NCBI GenBank assembly: GCA_964016885.1
Contig: OZ024742.1
Location: forward strand, 269,824,001-269,888,000
DNA length: 64,000 nt
Source of the DNA: Eledone cirrhosa
Lineage: Eukaryota
Direction of reading: 5' to 3'
Below, piece after piece: positions 50,560 through 63,400 of this stretch; the stretch's first letter is position 1; every line of letters starts with the position of its first letter. The notes beneath the pieces are model-generated. The model saw nothing but the letters and a program-made list of their open reading frames with translations. It was not told the origin of the DNA and ran no database searches. The position numbers and the translations under genes were made by a program.

Positions 50560-52100
50560 CTTTCGTTCTCAACCTCTCTTTCTCTTTTAGATTTAATTGC
50601 AGTGTTGAATATTGGTTTATACCTCAGGTATCTCATGTTTCTACAATTGTTGTGATGCTATTCTTTGTGGGGTTTTTTTCGAGATGAATAGAAATCTTAC
50701 CTTCTTGCTGTCTCTATTATTATTATTCAACCTGTGACGAGAGTATTGATAATCTTATTTAGGACAGGGGTTGTCTCTAGTAAGGTGATGTGTAACATAT
50801 CTGCCTCTACCGCTTTCATCCATGTATTTCATCTTATTCATATGTCCTTCTCTTCGTAATGCATCGTTATAGTACTCGGCGTGTTCATTAAATATTTTTA
50901 GAGAGGATGAAAGTGGGATATTCGAAGTGATATTTTATCATCTATAGATGTAATATTATAGATTTGGGATGGCTAGATTGATAATTAAAATACAAGTTCT
51001 CATTATGTTCATGGTAGGTTTCGACCAGACGTAAATTGACATTCAGAGTTACATCTACGAAGTTAGCCTTCTTAAAAGTATGTCCAAATATTATTCTTAG
51101 GATTATTCAATCAAAGATGGATCTAATTTGTATATGTATTTTTTCTAATTTCTGAACATTAGTGTTTTTAATTAAAAGAAGAGGGTCACCTCTATATATT
51201 CCTCCTAGAAGGTTACTAAATTCCCTATGGAGATTATGTACATACCGACTACATCTCTCACCTGCGCTGAGTCATTAGAGCCCATAGTGATATCATAGCC
51301 ATTCATACTATATTTCCGTATCCAGTATTCACCCTCCAACGCAGTAACTGATATATGTATGTATATATTTGAAACATTATGATTAGAAAAGCTTGTACAA
51401 CGGAAGATATTATGGACGAAATAGATTATTGATTTCTAATAAATAAACAAATTTCCAGTTTTAAATGGACGCGGATTTGGATTACACTAACAGCATTAGG
51501 TTGCAAAATTACGTGTGTGATAAGGAAAAGTGATTAAGGTGCCATAAGTAAAGGAGGTAGCAAAAATGCGAGTACAATAAAAACACTGGTCACAATATAA
51601 ACATGGAAGACAGTAGTGGAGAAGAAATATTTAAACACGGGATATTTAAGATTATGCCTAAGATCAGCAAGAAGAAACTACCGGGGAGCTGCAGAAGCAG
51701 AATAACTTACACACAAATTCTAAAATATACGCCTACACGAAAAACTATCAATACCCTCTAATAGTAATGAAACCGTGAGAATATAACTTGAGAAGTGTTA
51801 TGTTCAAACTTTGATAGTTTGATTCACAGGTGTAAACGGTTGCCTGTAGTTGGTTATATTCAAGAGTTACATTTTAAGATTTGTTTAGTAAGGTATACAC
51901 ATCTGATTATTCACAGCTGGTTGTAAATCAATTTCTTTAGTAAATATGTTGTGGGAAATTTAACCTAAAAGAGTTAGAATCACACAGTCACATTTTTATA
52001 GGGTTTAGTAAATTCAAATTTAACTATTATGGATATTAAATACTTATAATTTATTATTATACTTGTTACTATCACTCCAGTATGTTAGCGGTGTTCTTAT
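50560..52100 (-). pseudogene. Decayed PLE reverse transcriptase, Naiad/Chlamys-like
   Basis: Minus strand GYDITMGSNDSAQVRDVVGMYI, GGIYRGD (for GLYRDD), KANFVDVTLN, Y....N..LYFNYQSSHPKSII (~50950-51305). Confidence 0.65.
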
Positions 52101-52172
52101 AATTATCTGCGGCATATTGCTATAATGATAATAAGCCGTAAGACAAAAATCTAGGGATGAAACAAATAAAAT

Positions 52173-52548
52173 AATTGTTTCTACTTTTGGCACAAGGCCA
52201 GCAATTATCCTAGTGCATTACTGGTACTTTATTTTATCGACCCCGTAAGGATGAAAGGCAAAGTTAACCTAGGCGGGATTTGAACTCAGAATGGCAAGGG
52301 CCGTAACTCTATGCATCAAAGCATGGCGTCCAACCCTCTACCGATACTGCCAATTCACCGCCCTTTTAACAAAGTTTAACAAATAAAATAATTGTTTCTA
52401 CTTTAGGCACAAGGCCAGCAATTATCCAGTGCATTACTGGTACTTTATTTTATCGACCTTGTAAGGATGAAAGGCAAAGTCAACCTCGGCGGGATTTGAA
52501 ATCAGAATGGCGGCCAACCCTCTACCGATACTGCCAATTCACCGCCCT
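52173..52548 (-). mobile_element. Two tandem SINE copies (second internally deleted)
   Basis: 52173-52344 and 52390-52548 are homologous to 9150-9337; AACAAATAAAATAAT occurs three times at the junctions. Confidence 0.88.
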
Positions 52549-52829
52549 TTTAACAAAGTTTAACAAATAAAATAATAATGTTAAAAAATACATTAGGCTA
52601 ATAAAATGTAAATATATAAAAAATATATATAAGTAAAAGAACATGTGTTGAAGTACCCCCCATATTTGCGTATATATATATATGTGTACTAATTATTCCT
52701 GTTACCTAAAACTACTGTTGGCAATATTACACTAATGAAATCTAATTGATTAATAGCGACATACAAACGATTAAGTAGACAGACTATGTTTTTAACAGAT
52801 TTATTACACATTAGCCATGTATTTTGGTC

Positions 52830-53180
52830 ACTTATTCTATTACATTTAAAACTGTTTTTTTCTTTTCAAATAACCTTCATAGTTTTTCTATTATATCCAT
52901 TTAAAACTGTCTGTTTTCGATTTTAACCAACTTTAATTATTGCATTACATTTATAACTGTACGGTTTTTTTTTCAATTTTAACCACAACTCTCACACTTG
53001 TCTATTACATTACATTTAAAATCCTTCGTTTTTTTTTTCTTCTATTTTGACCACATCTGTCACGCTTACACTATTACATACATATAAAATATTTATTTTT
53101 TTCCAATTTTAACCTCACATCTCACATTTTATTACATTACATTTTCACCTTTCAGTTTTTCCTCTATTTCAAATACAGAA
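52830..53180. repeat. Degenerate ~58-60 bp minisatellite
   Basis: Recurring CTATTACATTTAAAA..TTTTTT..CAATTTTAACC units. Confidence 0.6.
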
Positions 53181-54039
53181 ACTTCGTTTCAATGTTTGTC
53201 TTTTCTGGGTTTTCCGAGTTTGTTTCAACAAATTACTCTTTCACATAATAGAACGCTAAACAGGACTCAGTATGTGCTTGTATACATATATATGTGGGTA
53301 TGTATATGTGTGTGTGTACACATATATACGTGGATATGTATATATGTGTGTGTGCCTCTGTGATTATGTGTATGCGTATGAGTATATATGTATATATGTC
53401 TGTATATATATACATATATCTATATATGAATGAGTGTGTGTATGTGCATGTATTATATGCACACTCAGATTGATATTTTTATTCGGTTGTTTAGTCTAAA
53501 CTAATATATATCATTTTTTTACAATTTATCTTGAAAGTAAGTGAAATGTGACGGACGAGATATATATGTATGTATCTGCATGCATGTGTGGGTATATTCT
53601 AAATTATCTCAGCTCTTTTTGTTAACTCTGATATACTACCATGTCAGTTGTTTCGTAGTCCAATAATAATGCGGTGATAATATCAGTAATTTCTGACCCA
53701 TAGGATAGATTAGATTATATTGCCTAGTTAATCTAGATGTTCAGCTCTGATATAAAACCCTCTGAAGTTCTTGGTTTTTACATTATATATGTCACACAAA
53801 TGGAAATCATCTGTGGTCAAGAAGTCGGGGTATTTCTGTGCAAGCTATTTCCACTCAAAATATTTCCTACTGCATATGTACTTCTTGTACACTACAGGCT
53901 TAATTAACACCAATCGTTTGGTTGGCAATAAACCTTGAACTGCTCTTTAAAATGTTTTGAAATGTCTCAAATAGAATTAGTAAATGGCAATACAAATCTG
54001 GAATCAACTGATGAAAAAGTCTTGATCAACAGGTGTCCC

Positions 54040-57000
54040 GACACGCTGCAGGTTGGTCCGAGTCGTTATTCTACTTTTGTGATCAATCGACAACATAAAA
54101 ATGTGTAATTATCCTATGAATTTTTTTTGTTGGAATGTGCGTACTCTCGTAGATGAAACTTTTTTAACACCAGACAGACGAACTGCATTGATTGTTCATG
54201 AATTAAAAAGACACTCATTAGATCTTGTAGCTCTCTCTGAAACACGCCTTTATGGATATGGTCAGGTTAATGAAAGTGGATTAGTTTATACTTTTTATTG
54301 GAAAGTTGAAGCAGAATGTAAAATGAGACAACCAGTTGTTGCCTTTGCTGTCAGAAACTCTCTCATCTCATCTTTTGAAAATCATCCCAGTCGTCCCTCA
54401 GAACGTGTTATATCATGTCTACTCCATTTGAAAAAGGGAAGGTACCTCCCAATAATAGGTATGTATGTTCCTACAATGCCACACCGCAAATAATATATTC
54501 AATAATTCTACAGAAAATTTGGAGAATCGGTGAGAAATGTGCCAGCTGCTGATAAGCTGGTAACTATGGTTGACTTCAACTTAAGGGTCGGATCTGTACT
54601 TATTTCACAGCCGAGGCCTTGTGTAAGGAGGGTGTAGCAAAGTGTAAACAAAATGGTGTTGCACTCCTCACATTCTGCACTGAACATCAAATAGAAATAG
54701 ACAATTATTACAAGCAGTATATGCAATTGTGGTAGCGTGATTAAAGAGGTATGATGGGTTACATATAGAAGCCCTGTAATGTGTGATTTGCTTGGGGACA
54801 AACAAACGTTTCGTCAAAATTCACTTTCTCAAAATTTTGTCAAAATTCTCTTTCTCAATCAATCAATCAATATGGTGATATCTCTTGCAAAATGCTTAGA
54901 CAAATATTAAGCAGCAGTGGTGGCACAACAAAGCCAAGCAAGCTCAAAATGTTATATTTCGGAAGGACACAATGGCATATTTCTCCTTCATTAAAGAAGT
55001 GAATCATCTGCAATCCTCCTCAATAGCTCCTGCAAGTACTGCAGATGGTCAGTCACTCTTGACATATATTGTCTCCATTCAAAACCACTGGATGTAACAC
55101 TTCACTGAACTTCTTATCAAGCCCTCCAATGTCAACATAAACATACAGACAGTAAACAACAATAAATCTCCTGACCAGGATGGCCTTAATCCTAAGGAGA
55201 GAAAATGGTAGAAATGTTTCACAATGTAATGCCCAATTTGTGAAGTGGGAATTAGCACAATACTGTGTTGATGTTATACTGTCCATCCTTTTAAAATCAG
55301 GTTCAGAGACAAATCTGGTAATTTTAGGAACATTTCCCTATTGTCTGCAAGGCTCTAGCACACTTCGTTTTGGAAAGGCTTAAAAGGTTCATAGTGCCAA
55401 GAGTCCTATCAGTGTCACAATCAGGTTTTCGTGTAAAAAGAGGCACTCGTGTTATGATCTTCACAGTCCGACAACTGCACGAAAATGTATTGAACAGAAG
55501 CTTGCCTTCTAAACCTCTTTTTCGATCCCATTAGGCGTTTGACAACATTATCATCAAAGCCTTGTGGTGGTTCGTTCTATCGAAATTTAGATGCTCACAA
55601 AATTTAATGAATTTATTGAAAGCTCTCTACAAAGGAATGAAAGCCAGCGTTACCTTTAGGCTCAGATTCTAAGTATTTTCCAGTAGAAAATGGTGTGAAA
55701 CAAGGACAGTTTGATGCACCTCTCTTTGCAATATAAGACGCTGTCATGCTCTTTCACGCTTTTCAGGACAACATTGAAGAGGTGTATGTAAGATATCGTA
55801 CAACATGAAATGTCTTTAATTTACGACGATTGAAATTTGAAAACTAAAGTATTCACCTCATGAATAATAGACCTTCTGAAAGCCGATGACTGTGACTGTG
55901 ACAGTCATACTGGTGATGGTTTGCAACTATTGATCTCTTGAATATGATTCGGCATGGGATATAATTGGTTAGACCAAACACATAAAGAAAATGGTAGTTT
56001 TATGCTAATCTGCCCCTAGTCAAGTTTTGCAACAGCCTAAAATATATGTAAGGAGTAAACATCTTAATGTTGTTTAATCCTTCATATATCTTGGAAGCAC
56101 AACGAGTAAAGACGGAGCATTGGATCCAGGAATATCAAAAAGCAGCAAAATCTTTTGGTAATTTAGAATCTCGGGTTTGGTCACTAAGATGGAAACAAAA
56201 GTAAATTCTGTTTATAGAATTTTTCTGTTATCTTCCCTTCTGCCTTCTGAAACTTGGATGTGTTAAAAATATCCGACAGACAACTAGAAAGATTCCACTA
56301 AAAAGGCTCACGTCATAATCTGAAAATGAACCGTAATTCATTCACTCCTGACTCTGATATTTTAGCCACATCTGGTGTCTCTTCCATCCAGGCAATAATA
56401 CTGAAAAATTAACTGCCGAGATCTGGACATATTTTCATCATGGCTAACGAACGTATCCCCAAGCAAATGTTGTAAGGGGAAATAACCCAGAGAACAAGGA
56501 AACGAAGCAATCCAATGAAGAGGTTCTAGGATGAATTGGAGCAAAATTGAAGAATGTAGGATACAAAAAAAAAAAAACTTCGGCAGATGTGCAGTGGATC
56601 ACTCAAGCTGGACATCAGAATTATGGGACGGCGTGAACACCTTTGCGCAAAATAGATTAATGAAAGTAAATATTAAGACCAATATGAAAATAACAACATA
56701 TTGTAAGTGAATACGAAATTAATGGTACTTTTTTTACTTGTACAGTTTGTGGCAGACTCTTTCTGTCAGAAGCTAAAATTCAATTTCACATGACAGCACA
56801 TTATAGGACACGTCCTACTACATTGAGAACATACCAACTAGTTCACACTTATCAATGCCACATATGTAAAAATAATTATGCAAATCCAAAGGAGGTCTAA
56901 AGTGACATTTTAGAGTTCACCAAGATCAGACAACTCATGAAGTTGAAGGTAGACCGAAACTAGGGTGCAATTTCCGCAAACAACATGTTAAAAATATATC

Positions 57001-57092
57001 TGATCTAATATGCTACATCATTTCTCATGGTAGAACTCTGATCGAAGTGTATTGAGGTGGTCAATGTTTGTTATGAGCAGACGAGACGACCG

Positions 57093-57095
<3 letters not shown>
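54040..57095 (+). mobile_element. Near full-length decayed RTE-clade LINE (APE + RT + C-terminal C2H2-like fingers)
   Basis: WNVRTL..RRTALIVHELKR..LDLVALSETRL.G.G (54101-54493); SQSGFR..RGT..MIFTVRQL; GVKQG; ADDC; FIYLGST; CTVCGRLF...H...H near 56740; ends at (TA)n. Confidence 0.85.
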
Positions 57096-57151
<56 letters not shown>

Positions 57152-57165
57152 TTTTAATATAGATG

Positions 57166-57216
57166 AGATTCTACAGGACTAGAACTGTTTCATTCTTTAG
57201 AAATCATCAGGAATCT
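57166..57216 (-). ncRNA. Type I hammerhead ribozyme (family D)
   Basis: Reverse complement of 59467-59517. Confidence 0.85.
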
Positions 57217-57620
57217 GGGTATCAACAAATAAAAATGGTATTTATAGGTCTCTACAAGTGGTAGGAGAGGGTGGGGAGTGGGATGGGTGTAGGTCATTGG
57301 TTGATAGAAAAGGGAATTCATTAAAAGCTAATTCTACAAAGCTATAGTTTATTTTTATTTATTATGTTTTTAGAGTAACAAGGGCAGACAGAATTCTATA
57401 AACAGGTTCCGGATGGCATACCATTCCTTGTCATTCAGTTTCTCTTAAGCTAACATATATATGTATATATATATATATATATGTGTATGTATGGTGCTTT
57501 TTTCCTTATATATGTGTATATATGTGTGTGTGTGTATATATATATATGTGTATGTATGTGTGTGTGTGTGTATGTATATGTATATATTTGTTTATGTATA
57601 TATATATATATATATATATA

Positions 57621-58530
57621 TCATCATCATCATCACCGTTTTACGTCCGTTCTTCCACGCTAGCATGGGTTAGACGGGTTGTCCTGTTGTGGGTAGTGTC
57701 TGGTCGGCTGACCATGCCTTGCTCATACAGGAACTGATCTGGCTTGATTTCTACAGCTGGATGCCCTTCCTAACACCAACCTCATTTACAGTGAGTGCTG
57801 GGTGCTTTTTCGTGGCGCCTACACGTCCACTTTACAGTGTGGGCTGGGTGCTTTTTTGCCGTGGCACCTCCACGGCCACCTTGCGGTGGGGGGGGGGGGG
57901 GCATATTGTTTATATGCTTCAGCATGTACCCATGGGAGGTCGGGTACCCTGTATTACTGCGTGACGCCAGAAGTCACGGTCGTGTGTCATTGACTTTGAG
58001 AGGTGTAGTTGGGTAAGGTCGGCTTTTATCACCTCATCCCAAGTCATCTTGGGTCTCCCCACTCCGCGGTTTCCATCAACTTCTAGTGCTCTGCACCTTT
58101 TTATGCAGCTGTCATCCTTCATACGCATCACATGTCCATACCAGCGTAACCGCCTCTCCTGCACGCAGCATTTGATTCCTCTTATGCTCAGTCTCTCTCT
58201 CAATTCCTTTATGCTTTGTCGATCACGTATATTACTGTTACACATCCATCGGAGCATGCAGGCTTCGTTTCTCTCTAATCTACGTAAGTCTTCCACCTTC
58301 AGCGCCCAGGTCTCACTACCATGCAACATCGCTGTTCGGATACACGCATCATACAGTCTGCCTTTCATTCTGAGGGAGAAGCCTTTTGCAGCTAGCAGTG
58401 GTAGTAGTTCCCTAAACTTCTTCCATCCCGTTCTTACCCTAGTTATTGTACTTTCTGAGCACCCACCTCCGTTGCTAATTCGGTCACCTAGGTAGCAGAA
58501 GCTGTCTACTGTTTCTACAGGGCCCTCCCA
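57621..58530 (-). mobile_element. 5'-truncated RTE-clade LINE with (GAT)n tail
   Basis: [15 protein letters not shown]....RVR.GWKKFREL.PLL..MLHGSETW..RRLRWYGHVMR..GRPKMTW; 3' end CCCATGCTAGCGTGGAAGAACGGACGTAAAACGGTGATGATG. Confidence 0.9.
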
Positions 58531-58531
58531 G

Positions 58532-58573
<42 letters not shown>

Positions 58574-58619
58574 TTGTGTGTATGTGTGTATATATGTATA
58601 TATGTGTGTGTATGTGTTT

Positions 58620-58680
<61 letters not shown>

Positions 58681-58773
58681 GTATATATATCTATGTGTAT
58701 TTGTGTGTATATGTATACACATGTATATTTGTGTTTGTATGTATGTGTGTGAGTGTATTTATATGTGTATATA

Positions 58774-58805
<32 letters not shown>

Positions 58806-58827
58806 TGTGTGTGTGTATGTATATATA

Positions 58828-58890
<63 letters not shown>

Positions 58891-59005
58891 ATGTATATGT
58901 ATGTATATGGATATATTTATATTTATATATATGTGTGTGTGTTTTATGTATGTGTGTATGTGTATGTGTGTTTATGGTTGCGCGTGAGTGTGTGAGTGAG
59001 TATGT
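58531..59005. repeat. Compound (TA)n/(TG)n microsatellite array
   Basis: Directly visible; similar tracts occur throughout (e.g. 369-450, 13370-13470, 22500-22712, 47301-47375, 60480-60900). Confidence 0.95.
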
Positions 59006-59466
59006 TTTTTTGTGAATGTGTCTGTTGATTTTTGGCATATAGTTGATTAGTTTAAGAGAAGTTCGAAGATAATTGTAAGATATGCACTCAGTATTTTGCA
59101 TCTGTCTACAGAATTCTCTAAACCTTTGTCACTTAGTAGAACCTTAATGATTTTAGCTTTTAAAAAATCTCCATTTCCTTTAATTCTATCGACCATGACT
59201 GACCCCCCACTGATCTTATAGACATCTGTTAGCTTAAGAGAAACTTAATGACAAGGAATGGTATGCCATCCGGAACCTGTTTATAGAATTCTGTCTGCCC
59301 TTGTTACTCTAAAAACATAAATAAATAAAAATAAACTATAGCTTTGTAGAATTAGCTTTTAATGAATTCCCTTTTCTATCAACCAATGACCTACACCCAT
59401 CCCACTCCCCACCCTCTCCTACCACTTGTAGAGACCTATAAATACCATTTTTATTTTTTGATACCC

Positions 59467-59517
59467 AGATTCCTGATGATTTCTAAAGAATGAAACAGTT
59501 CTAGTCCTGTAGAATCT
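59467..59517 (+). ncRNA. Type I hammerhead ribozyme (family D)
   Basis: AGATTC-CTGATGA-T-TTC-TAAA-GAA-T-GAAA-CAG-TTCTAGTC-CTG-TA-GAATCT; predicted cleavage after 59511. Confidence 0.88.
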
Positions 59518-59599
59518 CATCTATATTAAAACTTTTATACTCTGCTATGTATTGAGTACCTTACTTACTGTGGTTACCTCCGATTCAACCCGGAATAAC

Positions 59600-59647
<48 letters not shown>

Positions 59648-59651
<4 letters not shown>

Positions 59652-59800
59652 AGGATAAAAAGGACGATTGATTATTCCTTCATTGCATTTATTGATAGGT
59701 GACGCGCGTTTCGCCACTGATCAGCTCAAGGTTCGATCTATATCGATCCTACCCGACTCAATAATCGGCAGCTCGACGGACCCTCTTAAAATGCTATAAG
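59648..59800 (-). mobile_element. pLTR-like segment with degenerate long-stem-II HHR (related to family H)
   Basis: Minus strand CCTTGAGC..GGC-GAAA-CGCGCG-TC-ACCT then AATAAA; similar to 13500-13580. Confidence 0.5.
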
Positions 59801-60613
59801 AAAATGAAATACATGCTATGTGGTAAAGTCAGAGTTTCAAGAGTTTGACAAAATGAGATGTTTTGATTGGTGAGAAGGATCAAGGCGATGTACTGGCCTG
59901 TAGTGTATATAGGGGTGGGTGTGAAGGTGAGATGTTGGTGACTGTCTGTTGATGAGGTGGGCTGTGGTGTGGTGTAGTGGTGGTGGTGGGTTGGCCTTGG
60001 CGTGTAGAGTATGTGGGTGTGGATGTGATGATATGATGGTGGTTAAGGTTATTTAGTGGGATGGGCTGTGGTATGAGGTTAGTGGATTGTCAGTAGACGT
60101 GTTGTCGTGTAGGTGGGGGTGTGGTAGTGGTGTCTTTGTCTATGGTATCGGCGTTTGTGGTGGTGTGGTGGATGTATTGGTGGCGTCAGGTCCTTACATA
60201 GATACATAGTTAGATGCTCTTCGTCTGACAGATACCTTGTATATACGTATACGTACACACATATATGTATATATGTGCACATATATTGTTGTATAAACAC
60301 ACACAACATAAAACACATACGCACATCCATGCCCACACATATCGGCATACGCTCACACACAGCCATATGTATATGTACACACATGTATGTGCATGCGCGC
60401 ATGCGAACACGAATAGGGAGAGTGGGGGAGTATCGGTGGGGATGGCGAACGACAGAGATGGGGGGTGGAAGGTGAGAGGCGATGTAGAAGGTGTTTTACA
60501 TATATACATACACATACATACACATGGATATGGGCACATGGACTCACACGCATGTATGCAAGATATACACATACACACTCGCACACACGTATACTCACAC
60601 ATATATATATACC

Positions 60614-60645
<32 letters not shown>

Positions 60646-61107
60646 TGTACCGACAACACACACATACACGCACATATACACATACAAACACATATATGAG
60701 CTCACCTACACATACAGTCAGATTTACCCATATACATATATGCAGACGTACACATACACACACATACATACACATACATATATACACACACATACACATA
60801 TGCATACACATACACATATATATACACAGATATATATATACACACATATAGACACATGTATACACATGTGTTCACATACACACACACACACATAGAGATA
60901 TATTTCTTATAAATCGAAGGGAAAACATTTTCAGCGGGAGGGCTTCCACGGGGTTTCTCTCCCCGGGGTCTCTGTCCCCGGGAAACCCTTTGATTGAAAT
61001 GATACAAGCTTATGCCAGTACCCTGGGCAATGTAGTTTCAGGATATGGGGGTTCTATCTCTAAAACAATAGGAGTAGTTTGTGAACAAACAAACAGACAG
61101 GAATAAA

Positions 61108-61513
61108 ACATTTTATATATATATATATAAGTATGTATACGTACATACATATATGTATACAGACGTACAGTAGTATGTATATATATATACATACATGCAC
61201 ATATATATATATATATGTACGTATGGATTCACCGAACATTTATTATAATGCTCGGTGTATTTGTAAACAAACATCCCGTATTAAGTCGTAGTGTCTAGCA
61301 ACTATCGTTGCTCGTTTGTTCAACACTGACAAAGGAACGCAGTACTAGTTTCAAGCTTATTAGCTATCGTCAGCAACGTATGCCTTCCTGCCAGATGATT
61401 TATACATACTACTGTACGTCTGTATACATATATGTATGTACGTATACATACTCATATTAAAGTAACAGCCGTACTAAGTGTGGGAAATGAAATTTCGTTT
61501 CATTTTTTCCTTT
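61108..61513. mobile_element. Retrozyme-like family A, locus 5 (minus 61108-61400, plus 61401-61513)
   Basis: Homology to family A; inversion junction just 5' of the HHR; (TA)n flanks. Confidence 0.85.
61328..61392 (-). ncRNA. Type I hammerhead ribozyme (family A)
   Basis: Minus strand ACGTTG-CTGACGA-TAGCTAATAAGCTT-GAAA-CTAG-TA-CTGCGT. Confidence 0.82.
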
Positions 61514-61521
61514 ATATATAT

Positions 61522-61997
61522 ATTAGGATATGCAATGAATGCTTAGGATTATCCTGAATGCAGTAATGGTTAATTACTACACTACATAGAGTTGTCTTTC
61601 AGTGAGAGGTTACTCAACGAGGTATGGAAGAATAGTTGAAGAAACTCAGTTTCTGATCCTTCTGTATTCCGGAGTGTAGATAAAGAATGAATAATAACAG
61701 GTAGACATCATAAAAAGGTAATTTATTCTGAGTGCTTACAAATGTTTCAACAGTGGTTATACAGCCTAGTCATGCTATGTACAAATTGGTAATTAATTGC
61801 AGAAACTCAATTTTCAAATGCTGCTTCTACAGTTTCCTGCTCTGAGAAAACGGTAGAAGTAGCATTTGAAAATTGAGTTTCTGCAAATAATTACCAATTT
61901 GCACATAGCATGACTAGGCTGTATAACCACTGTTGAAACATTTGTAAGCACTCGCAATAAATTACCTTTTTATGATGTCTACCTCTTATTATTCATT

Positions 61998-62002
<5 letters not shown>
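61522..62002 (-). mobile_element. Fold-back PLE-like element (~155 bp arms plus tail)
   Basis: ~61680-61836 is inverted at ~61846-62002; GAAA-C-ATTT-G-TA-AGCAC followed by AATAAA; (TA)n flanks. Confidence 0.75.
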
Positions 62003-62040
<38 letters not shown>

Positions 62041-62049
62041 TTTTTGACA

Positions 62050-63400
62050 CAGTAGAAACTTACTATAACACTGTGTTACCCATTAGCAGCTTATCCGCTA
62101 AAATTTCTTAATTCCCTGCTAATCACACTACCAGTAGAAGGAAAAACAATATTTGATTCTCACCACCTGTCTCGCTGGTTTTTTAGAATTAATATAGGTA
62201 AGGAATTTTTAGCGTTCCTAGACAAACACTTCCCTATAAGACGTAAATATAGACCTATTTTTAATTGACAAATATAAAATATAAAAGCCCACATCACATT
62301 AACACAAATAGTTCTCCCTCAGCCGCATGCTCTTGCAGAAAATCAGAATCATGACCTCTTCAACTTGAGTTAAACACTTCCGCAGTTGTCTATGAAGCTG
62401 AAGATATATCCATTTCGCCGAATCCACAGCTGGATGCCAAAATATATGTAGTAGGGCCTGTTTAAAGAAAGATTCATAAACTATCAGACCACCTTTGGAA
62501 GCTCGAGTAAGCGATCGTCCACGAAGCAGACACGCCATGTATAGTCCATGGAGGATGTAGAGTGAATTCCCCTTGCAAGGTGAATTTTTAACCAAATGTG
62601 TTCATATATATATATAAATAGTATCTGAGTTTTTCGAATCTTAATAATAACATTCGATTCGTTTGCAATTATGCAAACAAGCCTCAATGTTATAGCCATG
62701 TCAGTAGAATGAACACTTCAATTTAAAGATATGAGATATAGTCTTGATGTTGATATTACCTAAACGCGGCGCAGTTCCACTAGGCAGCCATTTTAAATCG
62801 TTAATCTTCTTAACTTGTTCTCTGTTCACATAGCCTTTGAGATTCTTGAGCTTCAATTTCTTCATACCGCGTTTGAGCTGCTCCACTTCTCTACATTTGC
62901 TGTATTGATGATTTTCGTATACGGGATTCACTTTGACGAATAGTAGCTTCCATTAGCCTATCTTTAGCAACACATTTTGATCTTTAATCCTTTCATTCAT
63001 TGTGTCCATTCTGTGCACATCGCTTTCTCTGTTTTTGACGCTTTGTTGATGTTTGTGCATCTAGTTCATCCTCTCTTTTTTGTGCTCCAGTTTAGGACAT
63101 ATAATCCCTCTTGATGAAAATGTGCTTTCCTTGCCTCGTCATCAGCAACATGTTTGGATCTTTGTTCTTCTGATTCATTTTGTGTATATTTCATAGTTGC
63201 TTTTCTTTGAATGTGAAGTCTTTCTTGTCGCTAATCATCACTTTCATTCTCCCTTTGTAGTTGCCTTGCTATAGCTTTATGAGATGTTCTTCGAAATGTA
63301 GGTCTATTTTTGGGGGGCATTCTTTGCTTGCAGCCTCAATTTAGATAATTTTCTGGTAATGATTGATCTGAGTCAAGTCAAACTTTGTTGAATAGAGACT
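62050..63400 (-). pseudogene. Heavily decayed Penelope-like RT
   Basis: LPSGTAPRLG (for P.G..PRLYG), WRVCFVDD (for W.RYVDD), and degenerate DKG.ATV-like and Y.NS..P-like segments in the expected order. Confidence 0.5.

Larger units (their letters stand above)
57148..59600. mobile_element. PLE-like element with ~305 bp inverted pLTRs, each with an HHR, interrupted by an RTE insertion (family D)
   Basis: 57148-57455 is inverted at ~59226-59535; tail 59535-59600; (TA)n flanks. Confidence 0.85.

Noticed and set aside
58556-59101. Many ORFs rich in YI/CV/HT repeats (also 281-484, 13293-13554, 22430-22880, 46269-46975, 60079-61192)
   Set aside because: They are translations of (TA)n, (TG)n and (TC)n microsatellites, not genes.
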